Assembly (NCBI GenBank): GCA_963713495.1
Contig: CAVQLX010000007.1
Location: 755,736-819,735 of the forward strand
Origin: an uncultured delta proteobacterium
GTDB lineage: Bacteria; Desulfobacterota; Binatia; DP-6
DNA length: 64,000 nucleotides
Direction of reading: 5' to 3'
Below, piece after piece: positions 1 to 9,126 of this stretch. The notes under the pieces are model-generated. The model had not been told where the DNA came from. It worked only from the letters and a program-made list of their open reading frames with translations, and searched no databases. Position 1 is the first letter of the stretch. The number at the start of each line of letters is the position of its first letter. Both the position numbers and the translations under genes were made by a program.

Positions 1-743
1 GCGTGCAGGTGCATGCCGTCGTGCGCGCGGCACTCGCCGGCGAGCGGACCGATCTGCGCCTCGCCGCAATGATCGAAGAGCTCGATGCCGAAGGTCTCCT
101 GGAGATCGCGGCGCAGCGGCGGCGTCAGCGCCTCGGCCGTCGAGAAGCCGACGCGGTAGCTCAGGTCGCGTCGCGGATCGAGCCCGAGCTCGCGCGCGGT
201 GTCGCCGAGGTTGGCGAGAAAGCTCGGCGTGCCCGCGTAGACCGTCGCCCGCCAGGCGGCGGCCAGCTCCACCTGCAAGCGGCTGTTGCCCGTCCCGCCG
301 TTCAGCACCAGGCAGCCCGCCTCCTCGAACGCGCGGTGCAGCCGCAGTCCGCCCGGCATGATGTGGTAGGACAGCGTGACGTGCGCGACGTCACCCGGCC
401 GCACGCCCATCGCACGGATCGACGCCGCGAGCACCGGCGTGCCGCCGCGCTCCGCGGCAAGGCGCGGGATCAGGATCGGTCCCGGCGACGTGTGCAGCGA
501 CCCGAACTCCGACCGCGGCACCGCGAGAAACTCGCCGAACGGGGGGTGCGCGTGCTGGTTGGCGACCAGGTCGGTCTTCGCCGTGCGCGGCACGCGACGG
601 CGAAAGTCGTCGTACGTGCCGAGGTCCGCGACGCGGACGCCCGCGCCGGCGAGCAGTCCGCGGTAGTACGGTGAGCGCTCGACGACCCACCCGAGGGTAT
701 CCAGGAGGCGCGCGAACTCGTCGCTGGTCGGTGGCCAGTGCAT
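1..743 (-). CDS. PaaK-like adenylate-forming enzyme family protein (phenylacetate-CoA ligase / F390-synthetase-like); the 3' end lies outside the window. The P-loop region is degenerate (HTSPGPILIP where PaaK has SSGTTGKP)
   Basis: Absent from the ORF track because it runs off the window edge. Reverse-complement translation from the ATG (complement 741-743) reads MHWPPTSDEFARLLDTLGWVVERSPYYRGLL...RYRVGFSTAEALT, colinear with PaaK-family N-terminal and central regions. Confidence 0.65.
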   Translation of the reverse strand, partial: MHWPPTSDEFARLLDTLGWVVERSPYYRGLLAGAGVRVADLGTYDDFRRRVPRTAKTDLVANQHAHPPFGEFLAVPRSEFGSLHTSPGPILIPRLAAERGGTPVLAASIRAMGVRPGDVAHVTLSYHIMPGGLRLHRAFEEAGCLVLNGGTGNSRLQVELAAAWRATVYAGTPSFLANLGDTARELGLDPRRDLSYRVGFSTAEALTPPLRRDLQETFGIELFDHCGEAQIGPLAGECRAHDGMHLH

Positions 744-857
744 GTGTCGGCGACCACGGGCGGTAGCAACCGGACGCCCCCGGGGTCAAGCGCGGGCGGC
801 CCGGCGGTGTTGACGCTCGACCGCCGACTCACTACCACCGGGCGCTGGACCGCGGAC

Positions 858-1481
858 ATGACCGATCTCTCGCTGCCCATCGACCGCGCCGCGCTGCTGC
901 TCGTGGAGATGCAGAACGACATCGTCCACGAGTCGAACGTCGGCGAGCGCGGGCTCGGCGGCGTCCTCGCCATGCAGGTGCAGAAGCGCGGCGTCGTCGC
1001 GAAGCTGCGCGCCCTCACGGAGGCGGCGCGCGCGCGTGGCGTTCCGGTGCTCTACATCAACTTCTGCGGCAAGCCGGGCTTTCCGCGCCCGAACACGCGG
1101 CTGCATCGCGTGTCCGCCTCGAAGCCGCGGCTCATCGAGGGCACCTGGGGCGTGCAGGTCCACGAGGCGCTCGCGCCCCGACCCGAGGACTTCGTGCTCG
1201 AGCGCACCGTCGGCGTCGACGGATCGTACGGGACGCAGCTCTACCCCGTGCTGCGGCAGCTCGGGCGCAGCACGATGCTCATGACGGGCGTGTCGACGAA
1301 CCTCGCGGTGGAAGGGATCGTGCGCGCCTCGGTCAACCGCGGCTTCGACGTCGTGGTGGTCGAGGACTGCTGCGCGAGCTATCCCGACGAGTGGCACCGC
1401 TTCTCGATCGACAACATCATGCCGCTCTTGGCCACGGTCACGTCGTCCGACGCCGTGCTCGCCGCGCTGCGGGCCGGGTGA
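858..1481 (+). CDS. Isochorismatase-family cysteine hydrolase
   Basis: ORF 738-1481; internal ATG at 858 gives MTDLSLPIDRAALLLVEMQND...VEDCCASY, typical of the isochorismatase family (catalytic Cys near the C-terminus). Confidence 0.8.
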   Translation: MTDLSLPIDRAALLLVEMQNDIVHESNVGERGLGGVLAMQVQKRGVVAKLRALTEAARARGVPVLYINFCGKPGFPRPNTRLHRVSASKPRLIEGTWGVQVHEALAPRPEDFVLERTVGVDGSYGTQLYPVLRQLGRSTMLMTGVSTNLAVEGIVRASVNRGFDVVVVEDCCASYPDEWHRFSIDNIMPLLATVTSSDAVLAALRAG

Positions 1482-1485
1482 CGCC

Positions 1486-1935
1486 GTGGAGCCCTGGGAG
1501 CTGGGTGCACGCGAGGAGATCCGCGAGCTGGTGGCGCGCTATGCGCACTGCGCGGACGGCGGGCGCTTCGACGACCTGGTCGCGCTCTTCGCCGAGGACG
1601 GCGAGCTGCGCGTCGACGACCGCGCGCCACTGTGCGGCCGGGACGCGATCCGGGCCTTCCTCGGCGGCACGCGCGACGATCTCGCCGCGTCCCCCGCCGT
1701 GCGCGCGATCCGGCACCACGTGACGTCGCACCGCATCGACGTCACGGCGCGCGACGCCGCGACCGGCGCCTGCTACTTCCTGGTCATGAGCGACCGCGGT
1801 CCCGATCACTGGGGCCGCTACCGCGATCGCTACGCCGCCGCCGACGGTGCGTGGCGATTCGCCGCGCGGCGCGTGCGGGTCGATGGCTGGGCGCCGGATT
1901 CGTGGGCTGCGGCGCGCCGGAAGAGTCCGGCCTGA
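1486..1935 (+). CDS. SnoaL-like / NTF2-like domain protein
   Basis: ORF 1486-1935 (GTG start); REEIRELVARYAHCADGGRFDDLVALFAEDGEL is typical of SnoaL_4/DUF4440. Confidence 0.65.
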   Translation: MEPWELGAREEIRELVARYAHCADGGRFDDLVALFAEDGELRVDDRAPLCGRDAIRAFLGGTRDDLAASPAVRAIRHHVTSHRIDVTARDAATGACYFLVMSDRGPDHWGRYRDRYAAADGAWRFAARRVRVDGWAPDSWAAARRKSPA

Positions 1936-2111
1936 GCGGATCGATCACGCGACGCGCCACCAACGTTTTTCGTTTGGGACCGGCGGAGGCGTTGTGAGCG
2001 CCCGATTCGTCACACCGGTCTCGCACCTCCGACCAGCACGTGCCGGATCGGGACCGTGATCGGCGTCGGCGGCGTCGCGCTCGGCACCACCAGCTGGTCC
2101 CTCCAGACTCG

Positions 2112-2145
2112 CGGGGGCTCCTCGGGGAGCCCCCGTGTTTTCAGG
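2112..2145. terminator. GC-rich hairpin GGGGCTCC-TCGG-GGAGCCCC followed by GTGTTTTC; candidate intrinsic terminator in the convergent intergenic region
   Basis: Perfect 8-bp stem with 4-nt loop read directly; T-run on the plus strand. It abuts the stop (2141-2143) of the minus-strand HEAT gene. Confidence 0.4.
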
Positions 2146-3095
2146 ACTCGGGACGCGACAGCGGCCCGAGCGGCTTGGGTCTTGCGTACCGCGCCGCGAC
2201 GCTTCCGGCGCCGTCGATCCCGCGATCGCGTAGCTTCACCAGCGCATCGTAGGCGTACGCACGCACCATCGGATCCGTCGCGTCGAGGAGCGGCGTCAGG
2301 GCGCCGACGGCTCGCGCGTCGCCCGCGCCGCCGAGGCGCCACGCCACCTGGCGCTGGAGCGGTGGCGACGCGCTCTCGAGCGTGGCGACGAGCGCCGGGG
2401 TGCCGTCGGCGCCATCGAGGTCGGCGGCGAAGATGGCAGCCAGCGCGCGCTCGTCGGCGGACGCGCTCGACGGCAGCGCCGCCGGACGCCGGCGGTCGAG
2501 CGCGGATCGGACCGCCTGGTCCTCGGCCGGCCCCTTCGCCCGGATGCGCGCGAGCGTGTCCTGCGCCGCCAGGGCCACGGCGGGATCCTTCTCGTGGATC
2601 GCGCATGTCCGCCAGCCGCTCGATGCTCTCGGGATCGGTGCACAGCCCGGCGCATCCCATGATGCCGCCGACGCGGACGGTGAGCCGCTGATCCGCGAGT
2701 GCCGCCTCGATCGCGGGGCGCCCGCGCTCGTCACCGATCGCGCCGAGCCCGCGCAGCGCGTCGGCATGAACGTCCTCGTCGGCGTCGCGCGTCGCCAGGA
2801 GCAGCGCGGGCACCGACTCGGCGCTGGCGATGGCCGTCAGCACCTCGACCACCTTCTGCCGGACATCCTTGGGCTCGCGCCCGAGCGCAGCAGAGAGCGC
2901 CGGAATCACGGACGGGCCGAGCTGCTCGAGGTTCTCCGCGGCTTCGTCCGCGGTGATCGTGTCCTCCCCGAGCGCGCGGATCTGCCCGCTCACGTCGACC
3001 CGGACGACATACGGGCCCGCATCGGTCGAGCGCTCGGCGTCGTGCCCGCACGCCACGGCGGCGAGCGCGGCCAGCAACGCCGCCGTGGATCGTCC
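2141..3095 (-). CDS. HEAT-repeat (PBS-lyase-like) lipoprotein; reading frame interrupted near 2600-2640 (apparent 1-nt indel)
   Basis: ORF 2010-3809 carries MSVGRSTAALLAALAAVACGHD (lipoprotein signal, start complement 3093-3095) and HEAT-like repeats up to ...ERLADMRD. The continuation IHEKDPAVALAAQDTL...DPMVRAYAYDALVKL is in ORF 2141-2767 in another frame. Confidence 0.6.
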
Positions 3096-3121
3096 CACGG
3101 ACATCGCCCTCGGCGCCGGGA

Positions 3122-3925
3122 TCAGCGCGCCTTCCACGCCGGCTTGCGCTTCTCGACGAACGCGCGCGGGCCCTCGTGGAAGTCGTCCGACTGCTCGTTC
3201 ACCTCGAGGTAGCCGGCGGCGATCTCCTCGGCCTGCGCGATCGGCAGGCCCAGGCCCTGGAGGATGCCCATCTTCGTGCCCCAGACCGCGAGCGGCGCGT
3301 TCTGGCAGACGAGCGCCGCCAGCTCGCGCGCACGCTCCATCAGCCGCTCGTGCGGCACCACCTCGGTGACGAGCCCCACCTCGTACGCGCGCTGCGCGCT
3401 CATGCGCTCGTGGCGGCCGAGGAGCGCCATGCGGAGGCAGACGGCGACGGGGACGCGGCGCGCCATGTTCACCATCTCGTGCGACGACACCAGGCCGAGC
3501 GAGACGTGCGGATCGACGAAGTAGGCCTGCTCCGAGGCGATCGGGATGTCGGTCTCGGTGACGAGATCGAGCGAGAAGCCGGCGACGGCCCCGTTCACCG
3601 CCGAGATGACGGGCTTGAAGACGCGCTGCCGGCGCGGGGTCGGCAGATCGACGATGCCCTCGATGAGCGCCAGCTCGCGCCAGCGATCGACGCGCGTGAA
3701 CCCTCCGCCGGCGAGGCCCTCGACGTCGGCGCCCGTGGAGAACGCCTTGCCGGCCCCCGTGATGATCGCGACCCAGACGGCGGAGTCGTTCTTCACCAGG
3801 CGCCAGCACTCGCGCAGCTCGTCCTTCATCACCTGGTTCATCGCATTCAGGCGATCGGGACGATTGAGCGTGATGGTGGCCACGTGGTCGGTGACCTCGT
3901 ACGCGACGGTCTCGAACTGCGGCAT
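3122..3925 (-). CDS. Enoyl-CoA hydratase/isomerase (crotonase family)
   Basis: C-terminal 268 aa of ORF 3122-5350, MPQFETVAYEVTDHVATITLNRPDRLNAMN...; GGAG RBS upstream; start 3923-3925 lies 5 nt from the upstream stop. Confidence 0.9.
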   Translation of the reverse strand: MPQFETVAYEVTDHVATITLNRPDRLNAMNQVMKDELRECWRLVKNDSAVWVAIITGAGKAFSTGADVEGLAGGGFTRVDRWRELALIEGIVDLPTPRRQRVFKPVISAVNGAVAGFSLDLVTETDIPIASEQAYFVDPHVSLGLVSSHEMVNMARRVPVAVCLRMALLGRHERMSAQRAYEVGLVTEVVPHERLMERARELAALVCQNAPLAVWGTKMGILQGLGLPIAQAEEIAAGYLEVNEQSDDFHEGPRAFVEKRKPAWKAR

Positions 3926-3930
3926 GGCGA

Positions 3931-5538
3931 TCACTCCTGCACCCGGCGCTCCGCCTCGCGGCGCAACGCGGGTTTCTCGATCTTTCCGGTGGCCGTGCGC
4001 GGCACGGCGGTCTCGGCGATCACGAAGACGTGACGTGGAACCTTGTAGCTGGCCAGCGACGCGCGGACGAACTCGGCGAGCGCGGCGGGATCGGGCGTCT
4101 CGCCCGGGCGCGGCACGACGAACGCGGCGACGTTCTCGCCGCGCGTCGGGTGCGGCACCCCGACGACGTGCGCCGCCTTGACCGCGGGGTGACGGGCGAG
4201 CGCCTCCTCCACCTCCGCGGCGGCGACGTTCACGCCGGCGGTCTTGATGACGTCCTTCAGACGGCCGGCGAAATGCAGGCATCCCGCGGGGTCGATCCAC
4301 CCCAGATCGCCGGTGCGGAAATATCCCTCGGCGTCGAACGTGTCCGCGCGCGGCACGCGATAGTATCCCTCCATGAGGGTGGGACCCTTCACCAGGATCT
4401 CGCCCTGCGCCCCCGGCTCGACGGCGCGCCCGGTCTCCGGGTCCGCGATCCGCACGTCCATGCCGGGAAGCGGACGCCCGAACGTCTCCCGGCGCACGGC
4501 GGGAGGATCGTCGGAGCGCGCGCAGGCGACGCACGTGGCCGTCTCGCTCATGCCGTACATCCCGACGCTCAGGTGGTCCGCGCCGAGCAGGCGGTCGGCG
4601 AGCGGGTGGTACGAGCCCTTCGCCAGGCGGAGCCGGCGGCTGGGGAAGTCCGGGTGCTCGAGGAGCGGACCCGCCTGGTGCCAGCCCGCCATGATGGTGC
4701 AGCCCTCGGCTTCGAGCAGCGCGAGCGCGCTGCCGGCGTCGACCTGCTCCTGGAGGACGATGCGCCCGCCGCCCGCGATGGTCGCGAGCGCACCGAGGAT
4801 GAAGCCGCCGCTCCAGAAGAGCGGCATGTGTCCCCACCACGCGTCCTCCGGGCCCACGCCCAGCGACTCGCCGATGCGGCACCCCGAGGTGGTGAGCGCG
4901 CCGTGCGCGTGGACGACGGCCTTCGCCTGCGCCGTGGTGCCGGACGTGAAGAAGACGGTGGCGACGTCGGTCGGCGACACGCTGCGCTCGACGGCGTCGA
5001 GAAAGGCGTCGTCGGCCGCCGGGACGAGCTCGCCCCAGCGCTCGACGCCGCGCGTGCCGCCGCGGCGCCGCGTGCCCGGCGCGAGCAGGATCACCCGGCG
5101 CAGCGCCGGGAACGCGGCCACCCGCAGCTCCCCGGGCGCGGTGTCGTCGAGCCCGGGCACCAGCGCCGTCAGGTCGGCGAGATAGTCGTGCTTCAGGAAT
5201 CCGGCGCGCGTCAGCAGCACCTGGACGTCGGCGTGCGCCAGCGCGTACGCGATCTCGTCGCGCTTCCACAGGGTCGAGAACGGGACCAGCACGGCGCCGA
5301 TGCGGAGCGCGCCGAACGCGAGCGGCAGCCACTCGGGACGGTTCGGGCACAGCAACCCGACCCGGGTGCCCTTCCCCACGCCGACGCCGAGCAGCGCGCG
5401 CGCGGCGAGCCGGCTCTCGGCGCGCAGCTCCGCCCAGGTCCGGCGCTCCGTCACCGCGTCGCGCTCCGCCCAGGCCAGCGCTTCGCGCCCGGGCGCACGC
5501 GCGGCGGCCACGTCGAGAAAAACTCCCAGCGTCTGCAT
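3931..5538 (-). CDS. AMP-dependent acyl-CoA synthetase/ligase
   Basis: C-terminal 535 aa of ORF 3931-6516, MQTLGVFLDVAAARAPGREAL...FTSGTTAQAKAVVH...YFRTGDLG...PRTATGKIEKPAL; its start ATG overlaps the upstream stop (ATGA). Confidence 0.9.
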   Translation of the reverse strand: MQTLGVFLDVAAARAPGREALAWAERDAVTERRTWAELRAESRLAARALLGVGVGKGTRVGLLCPNRPEWLPLAFGALRIGAVLVPFSTLWKRDEIAYALAHADVQVLLTRAGFLKHDYLADLTALVPGLDDTAPGELRVAAFPALRRVILLAPGTRRRGGTRGVERWGELVPAADDAFLDAVERSVSPTDVATVFFTSGTTAQAKAVVHAHGALTTSGCRIGESLGVGPEDAWWGHMPLFWSGGFILGALATIAGGGRIVLQEQVDAGSALALLEAEGCTIMAGWHQAGPLLEHPDFPSRRLRLAKGSYHPLADRLLGADHLSVGMYGMSETATCVACARSDDPPAVRRETFGRPLPGMDVRIADPETGRAVEPGAQGEILVKGPTLMEGYYRVPRADTFDAEGYFRTGDLGWIDPAGCLHFAGRLKDVIKTAGVNVAAAEVEEALARHPAVKAAHVVGVPHPTRGENVAAFVVPRPGETPDPAALAEFVRASLASYKVPRHVFVIAETAVPRTATGKIEKPALRREAERRVQE

Positions 5539-6365
5539 CACCGCTTCCGGAAGCGCTCGAGGTCGGGCAGGTCGGCGCCGGGCTTCATGGTCCAGCGCGC
5601 GGGTCGCTTCTCGAGGAAGGCGCGGATGCCTTCCTTCGCGTCCGGCGACTGCGTCGCCCAGCCGAACACCTGCGCATCGAGCCGCTCCGCGGCCGCGGGA
5701 TCCGCCTCGCCCGCCATGTGCCAGAGGAGGCGCTTGGTCAGCGCGACCGCCACCGGGCCGGTCTGCTCGGCGATCTCGCGCGCGAGCGCCTGCGCGCTCG
5801 CGACCAGCTCGGCGTCGGGGACCACGCGCGACACCAGACCCATGTCGAGGGCCTCGCGCGCGCCGACCAGGCGCCCGGTGAGTAGCAGGTCGGCCGCCCG
5901 GCTCATGCCGACGAGGCGCGGGAGCAGCCAGGTGCTGGCGGCCTCGGGAACGAGCCCGCGCTTCACGAAGACGAAGGTGATGCGCGTGCTCTCGCCGGCG
6001 ATGCGGATGTCCCACTGGAGCGGGAGCGTCGCGCCGACGCCCGCGACGGCGCCGTTCAGCGCCGCGATGACCGGCTTGCGCACGTCCCATGCCGCGAGCG
6101 ACAGGCGCTCGGCGCGCTCGCCGTCGGCGGCGCGGGCCGCGTCGAACACCGTGCCGCCGCCCTCCAGGTCGGCTCCGACGCAGAAATCGCGCCCGGCGCC
6201 GGTGACCACCACGGCGCGGACGTCGTCGCGCTGATCGGCCTGGCGAAGCGCATCGCGCAGCTCGATTCCCATGCGCCGCGTCCAGGCGTTGCGCCGCTCG
6301 GGGCGGTTCAACGTGACGGTCGCCACCTGCTCCGCGACGGCGAAGCGAATCTGCTCGTAGTCCAT
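5538..6365 (-). CDS. Enoyl-CoA hydratase/isomerase
   Basis: ORF 5538-6365, MDYEQIRFAVAEQVATVTLNRPERRNAW...VVTGAGRDFCVGADL. Confidence 0.9.
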   Translation of the reverse strand: MDYEQIRFAVAEQVATVTLNRPERRNAWTRRMGIELRDALRQADQRDDVRAVVVTGAGRDFCVGADLEGGGTVFDAARAADGERAERLSLAAWDVRKPVIAALNGAVAGVGATLPLQWDIRIAGESTRITFVFVKRGLVPEAASTWLLPRLVGMSRAADLLLTGRLVGAREALDMGLVSRVVPDAELVASAQALAREIAEQTGPVAVALTKRLLWHMAGEADPAAAERLDAQVFGWATQSPDAKEGIRAFLEKRPARWTMKPGADLPDLERFRKR

Positions 6366-6377
6366 CCCGATCCTCCG

Positions 6378-6701
6378 TCAGTGATGCTCGGCCAGCTGCA
6401 GCAGCACCACGCCCGTGACCACGGCCACGATGCCCGCGATGCGGACGGCGTCGCGGCTCTCGCCGAGCGCGAGCATGCCGACGAGCGCCGTGAACACGGC
6501 GCCCAGCCCGGTCCACACGGCGTACCCGGTGCCGACCGGAAGGCTGCGGAGCGCGATCGCGAGGAGGCCCATGCTCACGACGCCGCCGCCGATCGCCAGC
6601 AGCGAGCCGCCGAGCCGGGCGAAGCCGTCACTCCACTTGAGCCCGAGTGCCATCACCACCTCGCAGACGCTCGCGGCCACCAGGACCACCCACGGGTTCA
6701 C
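6378..6701 (-). CDS. SMR-family small multidrug/quaternary-ammonium efflux protein (SugE/EmrE-like)
   Basis: Last 107 aa of ORF 6378-7670, (V)NPWVVLVAASVCEVVMALGLKWSDGF...AVWTGLGAV..., four TM helices. GTG start is preceded by GGAGGG, and it overlaps the upstream stop (GTGA). Confidence 0.8.
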   Translation of the reverse strand: MNPWVVLVAASVCEVVMALGLKWSDGFARLGGSLLAIGGGVVSMGLLAIALRSLPVGTGYAVWTGLGAVFTALVGMLALGESRDAVRIAGIVAVVTGVVLLQLAEHH

Positions 6702-8254
6702 GTGCCCTCCAGCTCGCGGCGCAACAGATGAGTCTGCACCTTGTTGTACGCGTTGCGCGGCAGGGAAGCGACGAACTCGATCCGCCGTGGCCGCTTGAAC
6801 CCCGCGAGCCGCGCACCGGCGAAGGCGCCCAGGGCCTCGCCGTCCAGCGAGGCGCCGTCGCGGCGCACGACGACCGCGGTCACCTGCTCGCCCCAGCGCG
6901 GATGCGACGTGCCGATCACCGCGACGTCGGCGACGTCCGGATGCGCGCGCAGCACCGCCTCCACCTCGGCCGGCGACACGTTCTCGCCGCCGCTGATGAT
7001 CAGGTCCTTCGCCCGGCCGGTGACGAAGAAGTAGCCGTCGCCGTCGCGCCGGCCGAGATCGCCGGTGTGAAGCCAGCCGTCGCGCACGGTCGCGGCCGTC
7101 GCGGCGGGATCGCGGTGGTAGCCGCGCATCACGGTGGGACCGCCGACGACGATCTCGCCCTCCTCCCCGGCGTCGGCAAGCACGCCGTCGGCGCGGCGGA
7201 TCGCGACCCGCACGAACGGATTCGTCCGGCCCACGGTGCCTTCGCGGTCGAACACGGCGGTGCCGCGGGCCATCAGCACGCCGTCGGTCGACTCCGTCTG
7301 TCCGTACGCCTCGATGATCTCGGCGCCGGCGAAGAGCCCGCGCAGCGCATGCTTCGACGCCATGGGCGTCGGCGCCCCGCCGACGCTCACCTTGCGCACC
7401 GTCCGCGCGACCGCATCCGGCAGGCGCCCCAGCGACACGACGTCGAACACCATGCCGCCGATCAGCGGCAGGTCGGTGACGGCGAAGCGCTCCGCCGCCT
7501 CGAGCGTCGCGGCGACGTCGAACTTCTCGAGCAGGACCGCGCGCGCGCCGTGCAGGATCCGGCACAGCAGGTGCGAGACGAGGACCGGCACGTGGGTCAG
7601 CGGGCTGAGACAGAGCCCGACGCCGTCCGCGTCGTCGCCCCGCGCGTGCGCACACGCCAGCGTCGCCCACAGCAGGTTCTCGTGCGTCAGGACGACGCCC
7701 TTCGGCGCGCCGGTCGATCCGGAGGTGTAGGCGATCGCGGCAACCGACTGCGGGCCGGGCGCCCGGGGCCCGGGCGTCCGGCGCGGACCTCCGTCACGCA
7801 GGCTGGTCGGCTTCACCGGCAGGTCCGCGTCGACCACCACGGCACGCACGTCCGCGAGCGCCGCGGCCTCGTGCGCGACGGCGGCGCGCGCGGTGTCCGC
7901 GACCAGGACGCCCGCACGCGCGTGACGGACCAGCCGGGCGATCTCCTCGGCCGTCGCGCGCGTCGAGATCGGCACCGCGACGGCGCCGAGCCCCCACAGC
8001 GCGTAGAGGGTCGCGACGGTCGCAGGCTCGTTGCCCGCGATCACGCCGACCGCCTGTCCCGCGCCGACCCCGTGGCGGACGAGGGCGCGCGCGAGCTCGT
8101 CGCTCGCCTCGGCCAGCTCCCCGAAGGCGATCGCTCGGCCGCGGAACGCGAGCCCGCCCGCCGCGCCGCGCCGCGCCGCCTGCAACCGCAGGAAGGCGGG
8201 CACGGTCGGCAGAAGCGGGGCGGCGGCCCCGGTGGATGCGCGAACCCTGACCAT
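6698..8254 (-). CDS. AMP-binding acyl-CoA synthetase (long-chain fatty-acid-CoA ligase-like)
   Basis: ORF 6698-8263; YTSGSTGAPKGVVLTHENL, GYHRDPAATAATV, WLHTGDLG. ATG at complement 8252-8254 is preferred over GTG at 8263. Confidence 0.85.
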   Translation of the reverse strand: MVRVRASTGAAAPLLPTVPAFLRLQAARRGAAGGLAFRGRAIAFGELAEASDELARALVRHGVGAGQAVGVIAGNEPATVATLYALWGLGAVAVPISTRATAEEIARLVRHARAGVLVADTARAAVAHEAAALADVRAVVVDADLPVKPTSLRDGGPRRTPGPRAPGPQSVAAIAYTSGSTGAPKGVVLTHENLLWATLACAHARGDDADGVGLCLSPLTHVPVLVSHLLCRILHGARAVLLEKFDVAATLEAAERFAVTDLPLIGGMVFDVVSLGRLPDAVARTVRKVSVGGAPTPMASKHALRGLFAGAEIIEAYGQTESTDGVLMARGTAVFDREGTVGRTNPFVRVAIRRADGVLADAGEEGEIVVGGPTVMRGYHRDPAATAATVRDGWLHTGDLGRRDGDGYFFVTGRAKDLIISGGENVSPAEVEAVLRAHPDVADVAVIGTSHPRWGEQVTAVVVRRDGASLDGEALGAFAGARLAGFKRPRRIEFVASLPRNAYNKVQTHLLRRELEGT

Positions 8255-8343
8255 GAGCCCCACAGGTGAACGAGCGTTCTTCTAGTCCCCGGCCTTTCGC
8301 GGGGTCAACCGCAGCCGCATCCCCCGTGCGACCGCCGGACGAT

Positions 8344-8372
8344 TTGACCGCCGAGGGTGCCTTCACTACGAT
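8344..8372 (+). promoter_or_regulatory. Candidate sigma70-like promoter TTGACC-N17-TACGAT directly upstream of, and overlapping, the antitoxin start; it implies a leaderless or near-leaderless vapB transcript
   Basis: Hexamers and 17-nt spacing read from sequence; the -10 overlaps ATG 8371. Confidence 0.3.
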
Positions 8373-8670
8373 GTACATCCAGATGCCCATCAGGCGGACG
8401 ACGCGCACCATCGCCGAGGCGCGCAGCGAGCTGCCGAGGCTCGTCCACGAGGTGGAACGCGGGAGAACCGTCGAGATCACCCGCCGGGGTCGGCCCGTCG
8501 CGGTGCTGGTCTCGGTCGACGACCACCGCCGTCTGTCGGGCGAGGCGCCGAGCTTCGACGCGCTGTACCAGGCATGGCTCGACGGCGTGGACCCCGCCGC
8601 ACGCGGTACGGATCGCGCGCACTGGCGCCGACTCCGGGACCGGCGGCCCGGGCGCGCCGTCGCGCTCTGA
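8371..8670 (+). CDS. Type II antitoxin (Phd/YefM / VapB-like)
   Basis: In ORF 8266-8670; ...TRTIAEARSELPRLVHEVERGRTVEITRRGRPVAVLVSVDDHRRL is a Phd/YefM-type fold signature. Stop overlaps the vapC start (TGATG). Alternative start at ATG 8383. Confidence 0.7.
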   Translation: MYIQMPIRRTTRTIAEARSELPRLVHEVERGRTVEITRRGRPVAVLVSVDDHRRLSGEAPSFDALYQAWLDGVDPAARGTDRAHWRRLRDRRPGRAVAL

Positions 8671-9095
8671 TGGCGCGCTTTCTCCTGGATACGAACGTCC
8701 TCTCCGAGCCGCTCGCCCCCAAGCCGGACGCGGCCACCCTGCGTCGCCTCGGTGAGCGCTCGCCGGAGAGCGTGACCGCGGCATTCGTGGTGCACGAGCT
8801 TCGTTTCGGAGCGAGCCTGCTCGAGCCGTCCAGGCGCCGCGACGCGATCGAACGCTACATCGACGACGTCGTGCTGCGACTCTACCCGGTCCTCCCATAC
8901 GACCAGGCGGCCGCGGAGTGGCATGCCCGCGAGCGGGCTCGACAGACCCGCATCGGGAGGCCGCCGCCGTGGGTCGACGGCGTCATCGCCTCCATCGCCA
9001 GGGTGAACGACCTGGTGCTCGTCACGGAGAACGTCAAGGACTTCAAGCGATTCTCGGGCCTGCGTCTCGAAAGCTGGCGTGCGCCCAGGCGGTGA
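8670..9095 (+). CDS. vapC: PIN-domain ribonuclease toxin VapC
   Basis: In ORF 8574-9095; MARFLLDTNVLSEPLAPKPD...VVHELRFGA...DLVLVTENVKDFKRF is the canonical VapC architecture. Confidence 0.85.
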   Translation: MARFLLDTNVLSEPLAPKPDAATLRRLGERSPESVTAAFVVHELRFGASLLEPSRRRDAIERYIDDVVLRLYPVLPYDQAAAEWHARERARQTRIGRPPPWVDGVIASIARVNDLVLVTENVKDFKRFSGLRLESWRAPRR

Positions 9096-9126
9096 GCGGC
9101 CGCTCTACGGGGCGGCGGGAGACGAC

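Noticed and set aside
2010-3809. Several long minus- and plus-strand ORFs from the six-frame track, for example 2010-3809, 10638-13067, 16581-19073, 19158-21584, 26148-29294 (most of it), 37572-39755 (most of it), 46610-48184 and 47407-50496
   Set aside because: They are Arg/Ala/Gly/Pro-rich low-complexity translations, antisense or out of frame to strongly conserved genes. This is the typical behaviour of 70% GC DNA lacking stop codons. Only the segments assigned to features are protein-like.
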